Shown here piece by piece: positions 36,304 to 46,095 of a stretch of 64,000 nucleotides of DNA; position 1 is the first letter of the stretch; each line of letters begins with the position of its first letter. A model generated the notes under the pieces. The model worked only from the letters and a program-made list of their open reading frames with translations, made no database searches and was not told the DNA's origin. The DNA lies in the IMG/VR virus record IMGVR_UViG_3300027811_000003, positions 32,001 through 96,000 of that record. One strand, written 5' to 3'. Source of the DNA: a virus. The translations under genes and the position numbers were made by a program.

Positions 36304-37002
36304 TCACGCTTTGTTTACGACGTACTTCGCAGTTCCAAGAGAAATTCTGTTGAACGTCAGATACCTATCGATTTCGTTTTTCGTGATCATGGCGTATCCA
36401 TCGTCAGCGTTAACGAGAATCAAGCCAGCGACTTCGTCAAACGCACGTGACGGCTTGGCCAAGTTTTCCCACGCGATCTTTAGTAACAACGAAGATTCAG
36501 GAGTCAACGTCTCAACGATCTTGTGCAAACCGATCGGGTACTTCTTGCTGCCGTAAAACGCTCCTGCAGAAAATTCTCCGATGAGAAGCGACAACTTCAT
36601 CTTTTCGAGCTCGACAAGAACAAAATCGCGCTCGAAGCCAGCGTACGTTTTGCTTTCAGAAAATCTGACGTTCGTGCACGCTTCGACGATGAAGCACCTT
36701 AGAACATCGGTAAGATGACCTATCGCTTTCTTTCCGTCCCTGCCCGACCTGACTTCGTCAGACTTTCTGCTTATCTTCTTCACTTCCCACTTCGTTGACA
36801 AAGTCACGCCGTCATCGATCACCAAGTCAAACGTAGAAGAGTATCCACCAGTTTTTTCGTGTTTTGCTCCGAGCTCTGCGATAACCTTTTCTTCGCCGTC
36901 TCCTATCCCGCTCCTGACAGAGCTGAACGGGATCGTTTCAGACTTAGACGAAAACGGGATCCAGTAACGCGGCGGCAAAAGCAAACTTTCCTTGACTGTC
37001 AT
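36304..37002 (-). CDS. PD-(D/E)xK nuclease-like protein
   Basis: GEEKV...STFDL...WEVKK; ATGA overlap with the polyprotein stop. Confidence 0.55.
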   Translation of the reverse strand: MTVKESLLLPPRYWIPFSSKSETIPFSSVRSGIGDGEEKVIAELGAKHEKTGGYSSTFDLVIDDGVTLSTKWEVKKISRKSDEVRSGRDGKKAIGHLTDVLRCFIVEACTNVRFSESKTYAGFERDFVLVELEKMKLSLLIGEFSAGAFYGSKKYPIGLHKIVETLTPESSLLLKIAWENLAKPSRAFDEVAGLILVNADDGYAMITKNEIDRYLTFNRISLGTAKYVVNKA

Positions 37003-40000
37003 TTTTCCTCCGGAAGAGATCCAGACCCAAATATTCTCAATCTGCTTAATTGGTTTTGCCACAACTCTTTTGACTTCGGATCGACGCTGTTTTTAAACGA
37101 AGAAACGGCTGAAGATCCTGCGCTTTGACCGACGTGAGCGTTGCCCAATCCAACGAACGGACCGATCTCGTTGATGACGTTCTCTACCACTTTCTCCACC
37201 AACGCGCTGTTCCTGAGCTTGGCATATACGTCTTCGAAGTCTTCTGAGTTAGACACGAGGTGAGGGTCCATGAAACGCTTGAACGTTTGTCTGTTGTCGT
37301 ACACCAAAGCTTTCTTGACTTCAGATCCCTTGACGCCGCCAACGTCTGTGTAGTTCTTCGCGTCGTTGAGCGCCACGACTGAAGCGAGCGAAGGATCTAA
37401 ACCGCCGTCTTCTCGATCGAGTCTTTCCAGCTGTTGCTTCAACGTGTCTACGAGATCGATCGGAACGACGAAGTTGACAGCAGTGTCTGCTTCCACAGTC
37501 GAACTCGAGTCGTGAACAAGCTTCGACACGAACTGCGCGAACTCTTGACCTTGATCGCTCTTCTCGTGCAACTCGAACTTCGACATCACGTCAGGCAACG
37601 ACTTCTTTATCATCTCACTTTGCAAATCGAAGTCAAGCGCTGGAGCGACTGAGTCGACGATAAGCACGACTTTGTTGAACTTGGACGCGAGTCGTCTCAA
37701 AACATCTGCGTGACCTCGGTGAAATGGATTAAACGAACCTATAGTAACGGCCACCTTGTCCGCCCTAGCTTCGCAGACGACGCGCCGAATGGTTTCGAAC
37801 ACATTCTTGTTCAATTCCATGGACTCAAGACGCTGCGGTAACGCACCGGGCGACTTGGTGTCTCCACCCAGGTCGACAAGCACGAGGTCTTTCCCACGTT
37901 TCATGAAGTTGTCAACGTGGACGTCTCTGTAAACTATGCTGTTGCTTTTCAGCTCTTTCATCAACTCGTCGAAGCCCAAGCTCTCTAGATCTGCAAAATG
38001 CGTTTGTGCTTCTGCTATTTCTTCTCCTTCGACGTTTGACATCGCCTTCGCCTTTATGGCTTCCCAGCTTTGCGACCATATGTTGTCGGTGATCTTGAAC
38101 TCTTTCGAATACGTTTTGTTCAGTATGAACGATATTCCCTTTGACAACTTGAACAGCTCTTGGTCTGGAAGAGGAGCAAGCTTTTCCTCGACGACGCAGT
38201 ACCAATCGACTTTTTGCTGAGCTTGTTTTGGCAAGTAAAACACGTTAAACACTTTGACTATGTGTTTGAGTCTCTTGCCCTTCACGAAGTTGCTAGTCTT
38301 CGCGTCAGACAAGTCAGTGGTTAACTTCACCGCGATTCCAGGGCCAGATTCAAACACGACTCCGCTCACGCCGTGTCCCAACATCTTTCCTATCTTGATG
38401 TGTTGTCTCAGAAGTTGTTGGCCGTAATTCGTCAAGACTGGATGGACGTCGAGACGTTTTGGAATCGCAGCTTCGTCGACTCCTTTGATAGTTCCACCTC
38501 TGACAGATGAACCGCCGAGGTCAGACAGCACAAACGTGTCACCACGTTTCATGATGTTGCCACCGTGCCAGTCGTTGTACCTTATTCCGAGAGACCTGAG
38601 ATCGTTCTGAATGTCGTTGAAGTTGAACTTCTGAAGTACGTCTAAATCGTCTTCAGCATACGCTGAATTAAATTCGCCAGCCTCGCCCTCAGTGCTGTTT
38701 GGTCCTAGTTCAGAACCAGTCAGCGGAGTCAGCTTCTCCATCACGATTCCGTAAAGATCGTAGTGCTGTCCGCCGCGATACACGAACTTAAACACGTCGA
38801 ACACTTTTACCATGCGTTTGAGGTTCTTGCTCTTGATTTTCAGCGCAAGCAACGCGTCAGTCTCGTCCTCTGTGACCTTTAGAACTTTGCCGCCGCCGAT
38901 GTCGAACACGATCGCCCTTGTACCCTCGCCGATTTCTTTGCCGACAGTTATGCCACGTTTCTTGAGAAGTTCTTTATCTGCTTCCAACGCGTTCTTGATG
39001 TCGTCAGCGAGAACGTATTCTACCTCTTCTGCGAGATTCGTGATGACGTTCTCCATGACGCGTTCGATCACGTCGGGTTCAGGTCCTTCAGAGTCAGAAA
39101 CTCCCAAGTCTATCGCCACGAACTCGTTTCCGCGTTTCATAACGTTGCCAGAGCTGAGATCCATCCAGTCTATGTGATTTTCTCTCAGCTCGTCTAGCAT
39201 CTCGAACACGCTGAACTTCGACAACGTCCTCATAGCCAACTTTGCTTCTTCTTCTTTTCCAGGGTGTGCTTGCTCCCAAGCTGAAATTTGATTTTGCACG
39301 GCCTGTTCGTCGAGCGACATCCAACGGAACTCCAAGTTTTCGCCGCACCAGCCCAAAGCGTCGTCCAAATCACGTTTGTCAGACTCAGACATGTCTGTGA
39401 CAAGTTCTTGCACGACTCCGTAATAGTGTTGATCGTGTTTGCCTTGAGCTTCTGCTGGTTGCTTGAACTTGAACACGTCGAAGATCTTCGCCACGTGTCT
39501 GAGCGACTTGCCCTTGATCGCGTTGCTAGAACGAGCTTCGGTGTCGTCGACAGTGATCTTCAGGACTTTTCCGTTTCTCAGCTTGAACGCGATGCCACGG
39601 CCGCCGTGGCCCATCTCAGATGCTACGTCGTACCCGTGTTTCTTCAAAATGGCGTCGTTTTGCGCCAAGACGTTGCCTATGCCAACAGAATGCTTTGACT
39701 TGCCAGCTTCTCTCAAGACGCCTTCTATGATCCAGTTGTCCAACGTCGTCTCTATGGGTTCTAGACGATGAACTGCGACGTCCAATCCTTTCATCATTGG
39801 CAACGTGTCCCAGGATTTCACGTACTTCAAAGTCACATGAGGAGAATAACCGTGTCTTTCGTTCGCTTCGACTCCTATCTCCTTAAGACGCATCGTAAGC
39901 TCAGCTTGCATGTCAGACAACGTCGGACAATCTACTGAAGCGTAGATGACGTCGGTGCCTCCTGTCTCATCAGCGCTGAACCTTCCTATGCCACCGAGCT

Positions 40001-40523
40001 TCACTTTGAATCCAAGAGCGCCGTTTTCGAACGTGCGTTCAGTGTATTTCGCGAGAAGCTCGTTCGCTATCTCGACGACTTTCTGCTTTAATTCGGCTGG
40101 AACTGACTTCAGATACGCCACAGTGACGTGCAAGTCTACGACTTCTTCTCCGTCTGGCAACGAAATCTTTTGGCCGACGTCAGCGGGTATCTTCAAAGCG
40201 AAAAAGAACTTTTCCTTTTCTGGAGCGATCAAATCTACCAGGTTGGCTTTGGCTAAAACGTCGAGCGTCGGCGAAGGGCCAACAACGTCTCTGTTGGAAT
40301 CTCTCCTGACAACGCCGATGGACGAAGCGATTGACGAAACGAGATCGTCGACAAATGACTCCATGACGCCAGGAAATCCAGCGTTGTTGGGATCTTGTGG
40401 CTCAAACTCTTCGATGTTGTTCTTCATGTCGTCGGGAAGCGGGTACCCTGGCTTTCCCTTGCCTCCACGAAACCCCATTCCGGCGCCTGAGCCGTTGCCC
40501 GATCTAACGTTGAAGCTAGCCAT
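36999..40523 (-). CDS. multidomain protein: 2H phosphoesterase + 3 protein-kinase-like domains + HxGH nucleotidyltransferase
   Basis: LHVT/PHVT; three repeats of GxG..K..D(x)4N..DLG; GSFNPFHRGH. Confidence 0.85.
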   Translation of the reverse strand: MASFNVRSGNGSGAGMGFRGGKGKPGYPLPDDMKNNIEEFEPQDPNNAGFPGVMESFVDDLVSSIASSIGVVRRDSNRDVVGPSPTLDVLAKANLVDLIAPEKEKFFFALKIPADVGQKISLPDGEEVVDLHVTVAYLKSVPAELKQKVVEIANELLAKYTERTFENGALGFKVKLGGIGRFSADETGGTDVIYASVDCPTLSDMQAELTMRLKEIGVEANERHGYSPHVTLKYVKSWDTLPMMKGLDVAVHRLEPIETTLDNWIIEGVLREAGKSKHSVGIGNVLAQNDAILKKHGYDVASEMGHGGRGIAFKLRNGKVLKITVDDTEARSSNAIKGKSLRHVAKIFDVFKFKQPAEAQGKHDQHYYGVVQELVTDMSESDKRDLDDALGWCGENLEFRWMSLDEQAVQNQISAWEQAHPGKEEEAKLAMRTLSKFSVFEMLDELRENHIDWMDLSSGNVMKRGNEFVAIDLGVSDSEGPEPDVIERVMENVITNLAEEVEYVLADDIKNALEADKELLKKRGITVGKEIGEGTRAIVFDIGGGKVLKVTEDETDALLALKIKSKNLKRMVKVFDVFKFVYRGGQHYDLYGIVMEKLTPLTGSELGPNSTEGEAGEFNSAYAEDDLDVLQKFNFNDIQNDLRSLGIRYNDWHGGNIMKRGDTFVLSDLGGSSVRGGTIKGVDEAAIPKRLDVHPVLTNYGQQLLRQHIKIGKMLGHGVSGVVFESGPGIAVKLTTDLSDAKTSNFVKGKRLKHIVKVFNVFYLPKQAQQKVDWYCVVEEKLAPLPDQELFKLSKGISFILNKTYSKEFKITDNIWSQSWEAIKAKAMSNVEGEEIAEAQTHFADLESLGFDELMKELKSNSIVYRDVHVDNFMKRGKDLVLVDLGGDTKSPGALPQRLESMELNKNVFETIRRVVCEARADKVAVTIGSFNPFHRGHADVLRRLASKFNKVVLIVDSVAPALDFDLQSEMIKKSLPDVMSKFELHEKSDQGQEFAQFVSKLVHDSSSTVEADTAVNFVVPIDLVDTLKQQLERLDREDGGLDPSLASVVALNDAKNYTDVGGVKGSEVKKALVYDNRQTFKRFMDPHLVSNSEDFEDVYAKLRNSALVEKVVENVINEIGPFVGLGNAHVGQSAGSSAVSSFKNSVDPKSKELWQNQLSRLRIFGSGSLPEEK

Positions 40524-40524
40524 G

Positions 40525-40875
40525 TCAAGACCCGCTTATTATGCCGAGCAGCGCCTTGATACCGACGCCGCTGCCGCCGAGAGCTCCGCCTGCGAGCAAT
40601 ATCTTCGTTGCCAGCTTGAAGTAAAACTTCGCACGTTCGTTGTCAATCTCTAACGGTTTCACCTTGTCGTTGACTTCTTTCAGACTTTCTTCTAAGAGAT
40701 TCGTTCTTTTCACGTGAACTTCCAAAACGTTTTCCTGCTTCACAAGAGTGCGGTCGATCGCGTCCAACCTGTCTTCGACTTTGTCGAACCTATTCACGAT
40801 CCTGTTGTCCATGTTTTCTATGCGTTGGGACAAGTTAGAAAGCAACAACGTGATATCTGAATTTGTATTCGACAT
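40525..40875 (-). CDS. coiled-coil protein with C-terminal TM (holin/XhlA-like)
   Basis: Heptad helix followed by hydrophobic Gly-rich tail. Confidence 0.5.
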   Translation of the reverse strand: MSNTNSDITLLLSNLSQRIENMDNRIVNRFDKVEDRLDAIDRTLVKQENVLEVHVKRTNLLEESLKEVNDKVKPLEIDNERAKFYFKLATKILLAGGALGGSGVGIKALLGIISGS

Positions 40876-40882
40876 ATAGTTT

Positions 40883-41419
40883 TTACCTCGTCACACGAAA
40901 AACAGTAGACATGGCTGGAATTTTCGATTCAGAGACTGACAGCATCGACTTTTCCCAGCCGTCAGGTAGTCGCGGAATTCGTTGCGCGTCTTTCGGATTC
41001 GTAATCTCGACTGTGTAGTCAGGCTTGAAATGAAGCAAGACACCCTTGTAGTCACCTACCAAGCCAGTTTCAGAAAACTCCTTGAACAAAAGTTTCTTTT
41101 CAGACTCTGGTATCGGATACTTCTCGATGCGCAAATCGATAGCTTCGAAGTGTTTGCCCGCAGCGCTGAAGTCGGCTTCAAGATGCGGCATCTCTTCTAT
41201 CGGATCGTCGTTGAACTCTTGGACGTCAAATCCCAAGTGCTTCGTTTGGTTGTCGTCTTCTCCGAATCCGTCTTCGACATTTTCGTAAAAGTCTTTTTCT
41301 TCTTTCTTGACGTGATAAGGAAGCTTGGCTCCCTTTTTCGTGTGCTTTTCCCAACGCTTAGCCATCTTGGGATCGTGGATGTGCATCCACGCACGTTGTG
41401 CTTTGCTCACGAATGGCAT
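40883..41419 (-). CDS. hypothetical protein, probable virion component
   Basis: N-terminal MPFVSKAQRAWMH..P..AKRW...LP is a recurrent phage motif. Confidence 0.6.
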   Translation of the reverse strand: MPFVSKAQRAWMHIHDPKMAKRWEKHTKKGAKLPYHVKKEEKDFYENVEDGFGEDDNQTKHLGFDVQEFNDDPIEEMPHLEADFSAAGKHFEAIDLRIEKYPIPESEKKLLFKEFSETGLVGDYKGVLLHFKPDYTVEITNPKDAQRIPRLPDGWEKSMLSVSESKIPAMSTVFRVTR

Positions 41420-41432
41420 CTACGTCTACCTC

Positions 41433-41954
41433 TCATAATTCGTTGTGCAATGCATTTCTGTAATAAAATTTTACTTGACCAGAGTTAGTTATCAAGATCT
41501 TCAACGGATCGGGACTCTCGTTGAAAGTCAAGTTGATCTCTTGCGCACCAGGCAAAATCTTGCTCTTTGGCTCAGCAGTGACCGACTGTATAGTCTTTCC
41601 CACTATCTCTTTCGAAATCTTGCCACCAGTTACGTCTTCTATGTCTTCTTCTGATCCAGCGACATCTTTCTCAAGATCATCGTCTGCGGGTTCGTCCTTG
41701 ACGGGAAGCTCTTTCTTCTTTTCGGGAGCTTTTTCAGGTGACTTCTTTGCCGGTTCATTGACGTTTTTCTTGTCTTTAGACTTCTGCTTGTCGTTTACTT
41801 TCTCGCCGTCGTCATTGACATCATGATCATTCTCGTCGCTAGCGTCTACTACAGAAACATCGCTTTTCTTTTCAGCTTCATACAGTTCCATCGTGTGTTT
41901 AATCAGTTCTTCTCTAATCATGTTTTCTAAAACTGATTTCTTGATTTTCATCAA
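41433..41954 (-). CDS. acidic hypothetical protein, possible head-internal protein
   Basis: MIREE..LYEA propeptide-like start; TAATTA upstream. Confidence 0.6.
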   Translation of the reverse strand: MMKIKKSVLENMIREELIKHTMELYEAEKKSDVSVVDASDENDHDVNDDGEKVNDKQKSKDKKNVNEPAKKSPEKAPEKKKELPVKDEPADDDLEKDVAGSEEDIEDVTGGKISKEIVGKTIQSVTAEPKSKILPGAQEINLTFNESPDPLKILITNSGQVKFYYRNALHNEL

Positions 41955-42024
41955 AGTGCTCCGGCGTAAGATGTCTAACTGTAATTATGAGAGCTGCGAC
42001 AAAACTACATGTTTCGTCAAGTAA

Positions 42025-42615
42025 CTACGTTCTCTCCTGCTCACACGACCAGCGGTCTGCCCAGTGAAGCAGCAAAGCTAGTTTCGACTCTTTCATCCCG
42101 TAAATTTTGTTGGCTTCTACGTATTGACCGTCTGACAACTTGAGAGCTAGGTATTCGTCTGAGTTGAGTGACACTCCAAATCTCTGAAAAATGAAAAGCG
42201 TTCTATCTTCAGTGGAATGAATCTGACATTTTTTGTTTATCTCGTACAAAAAACCTCTCTTCCTACCATACTCGTTTTCGTTGTACACGTAATACGGTTC
42301 GACACCGTCTCCCGCTTTTCCCAAGTCATGAAACAATCCGACAAAAGCGAGAGTTTGATCATCATATTCTGAACCCACGAGAGACGCTGAAATTTTCTTC
42401 AGGTTCTTAACGACGTTAAGAGAATGAAGCAGCAATCCTCCGGCAAAGCAATTGTGAAAATCTTCTCTCGACGACGCCGGCGCCAAGAAAAATTGCTCTT
42501 GCATGTTGTCCATCAGTAACTTAACGTCTTCTTGTCTTTTTTCAGACATCGAACCGATCAACGCATTGAAAATTCTTATGTTCTTTTCAAGATCTTGTTC
42601 ACTCAACGTCTTCAT
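42025..42615 (-). CDS. HD-domain hydrolase (YhaM-like)
   Basis: PASS..FHNCFAGGLLLHS, LFHDLGK, LHWAD. Confidence 0.85.
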   Translation of the reverse strand: MKTLSEQDLEKNIRIFNALIGSMSEKRQEDVKLLMDNMQEQFFLAPASSREDFHNCFAGGLLLHSLNVVKNLKKISASLVGSEYDDQTLAFVGLFHDLGKAGDGVEPYYVYNENEYGRKRGFLYEINKKCQIHSTEDRTLFIFQRFGVSLNSDEYLALKLSDGQYVEANKIYGMKESKLALLLHWADRWSCEQERT

Positions 42616-43939
42616 AATTTTCTCCGATCTTCATCTTTGTCACGAATCCAGTAGTTTTTTCTATTTCTTTCTTTATATCCGAAGCATGTCGAATTTCTTC
42701 TGGATGCAGATCGAAAACGACTTCATCGTACACTGTGAAAATCATCTTGCTTTTGATGTCTCTAACGATTTCGTCGGCTCGAGACAGCGCTTTTCCGAAC
42801 ACGAAGCTGCTAAACGTTTGTGCGTAAAGTCCTATCACTTTTCCAGGGCTGAAATCATCGTCTATTTTTATTCTGTGATAGCCTGGCGTGTCTAAAAACC
42901 CGTTTTTCTTTGACTCTGCAACCAATTCATTTCTGAAACGAATTATGGGTTCAAACAATTTGTCAAGCTTAATTAGCATTTCCTTAAGCTCAAAATGTGA
43001 CAGGCCAGTAGACGCGTTTAGCGTGTCCAACGCTCCTCCATAGATGTGAGCGTAAGTGATTTTCTTTATGTCGTCTCTGAGCTTCGGAGTCACTTCTCCG
43101 AACAGTGAAGCAGTTCTGGCGTGAAAATCCAGCACGCCTGCGTAAAATCTCGTCAAGTCGCTGTCGTTGACAGCTTCTACGAGACATCTGTAGTCTATGG
43201 CGTTGAAGTCGAGAGTACATATCTTGCCGTTTTCAAACCTGCTAGTCAACACGCTCCTGCAAAATCCGTGTGGAATTGACATGCATTTGAAACCACTTTC
43301 GACTCTTATTCTCCACGTCTTAGATCCTACTGGACTCATCGCAGACTTTACAAATCCGTTTTTTTCTTGACTCTTGATGCTTCTCAAAAAGTTCGTTTCA
43401 TGCATGTTTAGAGACGAATCGTTTAAACCGACAGATATCTTTTCGACATCGACTTTTATCTTCGCGTCTTCCATTCGTGAAATCACTTTGAACAACGGCC
43501 AAATTCTGTTTTTGTAGTGCTTTATGTCGTGTTCAGTTACAGATCTCAAGATCTCGCGCATCGCTTCAGCCCTAAGGCTAGCACGCTTCGACAACATTCC
43601 GTTAGGCAAAAGTTCTTCCAAACAGATAGACTCGAGATCTACATTGGCGTTTAGAAGAGCGTTAGCGTGCGCAGAAAATTTCTGTTCGTGTTTCAAAAAT
43701 TCGTCCTTGCACGCCAACGCGCTTTTCTCGACGAACGAAGACAGACTGCAGTCTATGTCTAGCAACATCTTCAAGTCGAAAACTATTTCGTTGCTAACAA
43801 GTTCTACGGCTTTTCTCGCGTCAAAACACACCACGAAATCGTCAGCGTCTAGTTTGACTTGTCTGAGACTTTCGTCAAACGAAAACAATTCTATCTTGCC
43901 AGTTTTGTCTCTGAAACCGTCGATGAACGTCAGACTCAT
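42599..43939 (-). CDS. minimal family A DNA polymerase-like protein
   Basis: Motif A LDFNAIDYR, DFH, motif B RDDIKKITYAHIYG, motif C TVYDEVVFD. Confidence 0.8.
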   Translation of the reverse strand: MSLTFIDGFRDKTGKIELFSFDESLRQVKLDADDFVVCFDARKAVELVSNEIVFDLKMLLDIDCSLSSFVEKSALACKDEFLKHEQKFSAHANALLNANVDLESICLEELLPNGMLSKRASLRAEAMREILRSVTEHDIKHYKNRIWPLFKVISRMEDAKIKVDVEKISVGLNDSSLNMHETNFLRSIKSQEKNGFVKSAMSPVGSKTWRIRVESGFKCMSIPHGFCRSVLTSRFENGKICTLDFNAIDYRCLVEAVNDSDLTRFYAGVLDFHARTASLFGEVTPKLRDDIKKITYAHIYGGALDTLNASTGLSHFELKEMLIKLDKLFEPIIRFRNELVAESKKNGFLDTPGYHRIKIDDDFSPGKVIGLYAQTFSSFVFGKALSRADEIVRDIKSKMIFTVYDEVVFDLHPEEIRHASDIKKEIEKTTGFVTKMKIGENYEDVE

Positions 43940-43970
43940 ATGCGCCTATCGTACAACGAAACAGCAAGCT

Positions 43971-45776
43971 TTAAAAATCTTTCCTGCTCTTTGTTCCAAG
44001 AGGGTCAGTGCAACTGGAGAACACTTTGTAATTCGTTACAAAGCTGCCACGTTGGATGACGTCTTCTTTCTCGTAAAGCGTGAACGGACCGTCCCACCTG
44101 CTTATACCGAAGTCGAGCCATATCAAACCAAACGTGTCTAACACGAAGTTTCCTATCGTGATTATCTGTCCTTGAATAGTGGGAGAAAAAATCTGCTGAA
44201 CAGCCGGCGCTCTGTCTTCTTTCCAAGCTGCGTCAGGAGATGTAACTTTTTCTGACCTGTTCACACTCTTGTCACCGAAGTAACGTCTCATGAAGATGCC
44301 AGCCATCTGCTCGTCTTGTATAACTTCAAACGACGTGTCTTGCACGAATGAGTTTCCTTTGACTAAAGAAACGAACGGAACTCCCTTGTCGTTCACTGCT
44401 TTTTTTATGTCGTTCCTGCTCACTATCTCACTTGGTAGCTTCTGCGCATCGTCGGGAGAAAACTTGACGAATTCTGATTTCGTGTCAAAAATGTAGTAGT
44501 AAACTTCCATCTTGCCGCTTCTGTTTCTCCTAGACACACTCTTCATGATCAGCTCGGGTATAGATCTATTCGAATTGTTGTCTTCTCCTTTCCTGTCCCA
44601 GACGTATTCTTTCGAAAACAATCTCAAAAAAGGTTCGATGAAGTTGTACACAGTCAGTCTAGAGCCAGCCTTCATGAGATCTCTGAACACTTTTTCGACG
44701 TCGTCTAGCGGAAAAGTGAAGTCAGATATCGGTTTGTTAGACACGTCTGCACCGGCAGAATATTTTGGAGCTGGCTTCCCCGCTCTGCCGTTCAAGCACC
44801 CGACGAACATCTCCTTGAAATCAAATCCTAAGCTCGTGAACGAGTCTTTGATCGCGTCTGCGAATATCACGTCTATGACCATCCCGAACGGAATGTCGAC
44901 AACGCCTTTCTTCTTTGACAACTTTCCAGAAGAAGACACTTCGTCGTGAAACTTGTTCAGCAGCGCTTTGACGGGCGAACCTCCGTCAGCGTACGGGTCT
45001 ATTTCTACTAGTTTCCCAGCTTTCGTTATAGTCGTCGTAGCGTTGGGATCGCGTACCAAGAAAGCTTGTCTCAATCCGCTTTCTCCCAGCTCGTACGCTT
45101 GAATCGCAAAACGTATCTGCGAATCTGTCTGCAAGTTGAACTTGTAACTCGTGACGTAAAATCTTACTTGTTCTCTTCCTTGGACTGCGATTCCTTTTGA
45201 CCTGTCTACGAAGCCTTCGCCGTTAAGCAACCCGTTGCTCACTCCCGTGCTTGCAGACCAACCATACTCCAAAGCAAAAGCTTGTCCTGGAGTGATGAGT
45301 GACGACCACGAGTCTTCGTCGCCGACATGCGACCCGTCAGATCTTATGTGTTGGTCGAACACTACGTCAGGTCTGTGGACGACAAACGTGATCTCAAGCG
45401 TCCTGTACAAGATGATGCCTCTTGGATTCGCCACTTTCACGCTTATCTTTTCCAACGAAACTGGGGGCCTGTCTCTGAATCTCTCGTTGGCGCTCGACAA
45501 CGACCTACCGAATTTAGGAGGCTCTACCCAAGTCATGTTCAACGGATGTCTTGGCGACCCGTCAGAGTTTGCGTGCATCGCCTTCCCAGTCGACGGGTCT
45601 ATCTCCCACATGGTGACGTAAGGTACAGCTTGCGCTTTTTCAGCTGGAGTTATTCCTTCGAGGAGTTCAATCGCTTTCTGAGAGCACGCGTAAAAGGGTT
45701 TGCCGCTCGTGTCACCGTCGTTAGAAGGCGGCGCAGAGTTAGACAGCACTGCGAACTTTTGCGGTTTGTAGCTCAT
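43971..45776 (-). CDS. putative baseplate hub protein
   Basis: 601 aa, LEYGWS motif, position after tail X/LysM-like gene. Confidence 0.5.
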   Translation of the reverse strand: MSYKPQKFAVLSNSAPPSNDGDTSGKPFYACSQKAIELLEGITPAEKAQAVPYVTMWEIDPSTGKAMHANSDGSPRHPLNMTWVEPPKFGRSLSSANERFRDRPPVSLEKISVKVANPRGIILYRTLEITFVVHRPDVVFDQHIRSDGSHVGDEDSWSSLITPGQAFALEYGWSASTGVSNGLLNGEGFVDRSKGIAVQGREQVRFYVTSYKFNLQTDSQIRFAIQAYELGESGLRQAFLVRDPNATTTITKAGKLVEIDPYADGGSPVKALLNKFHDEVSSSGKLSKKKGVVDIPFGMVIDVIFADAIKDSFTSLGFDFKEMFVGCLNGRAGKPAPKYSAGADVSNKPISDFTFPLDDVEKVFRDLMKAGSRLTVYNFIEPFLRLFSKEYVWDRKGEDNNSNRSIPELIMKSVSRRNRSGKMEVYYYIFDTKSEFVKFSPDDAQKLPSEIVSRNDIKKAVNDKGVPFVSLVKGNSFVQDTSFEVIQDEQMAGIFMRRYFGDKSVNRSEKVTSPDAAWKEDRAPAVQQIFSPTIQGQIITIGNFVLDTFGLIWLDFGISRWDGPFTLYEKEDVIQRGSFVTNYKVFSSCTDPLGTKSRKDF

Positions 45777-46087
45777 CTCATTATCTTGTCAAGCACATCT
45801 TGTGCGCTTGTCGGAATTTTCAACGTTTTTCCTGGAACAAGCCCGCCAGACGCGAAAGGATAAGATATGTCATTCACCAGAGCTATGACCCACCAGTATT
45901 GATCGTCTCCGAGAAACTTCGCAGCTAGATGGTCAAGCCTGTCTCCAGCCTTGTAGTCGTAATCAAACGTCTCGACGCCTTCCAGTAAATTCAATCTAAC
46001 GTATCCCGCAGATCTCACGGGAGTTGAAAACGTCTTGTACGACTTCCCGTCAAGCAACGGAGTGTCAGAATATCTGCCTTTTGCCAC
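45773..46087 (-). CDS. tail X / LysM-like baseplate protein
   Basis: GDRLDHLAAKFLGDDQYWWVIALVN...LKIP. Confidence 0.85.
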   Translation of the reverse strand: MAKGRYSDTPLLDGKSYKTFSTPVRSAGYVRLNLLEGVETFDYDYKAGDRLDHLAAKFLGDDQYWWVIALVNDISYPFASGGLVPGKTLKIPTSAQDVLDKIMR

Positions 46088-46095
46088 GTTTCACC

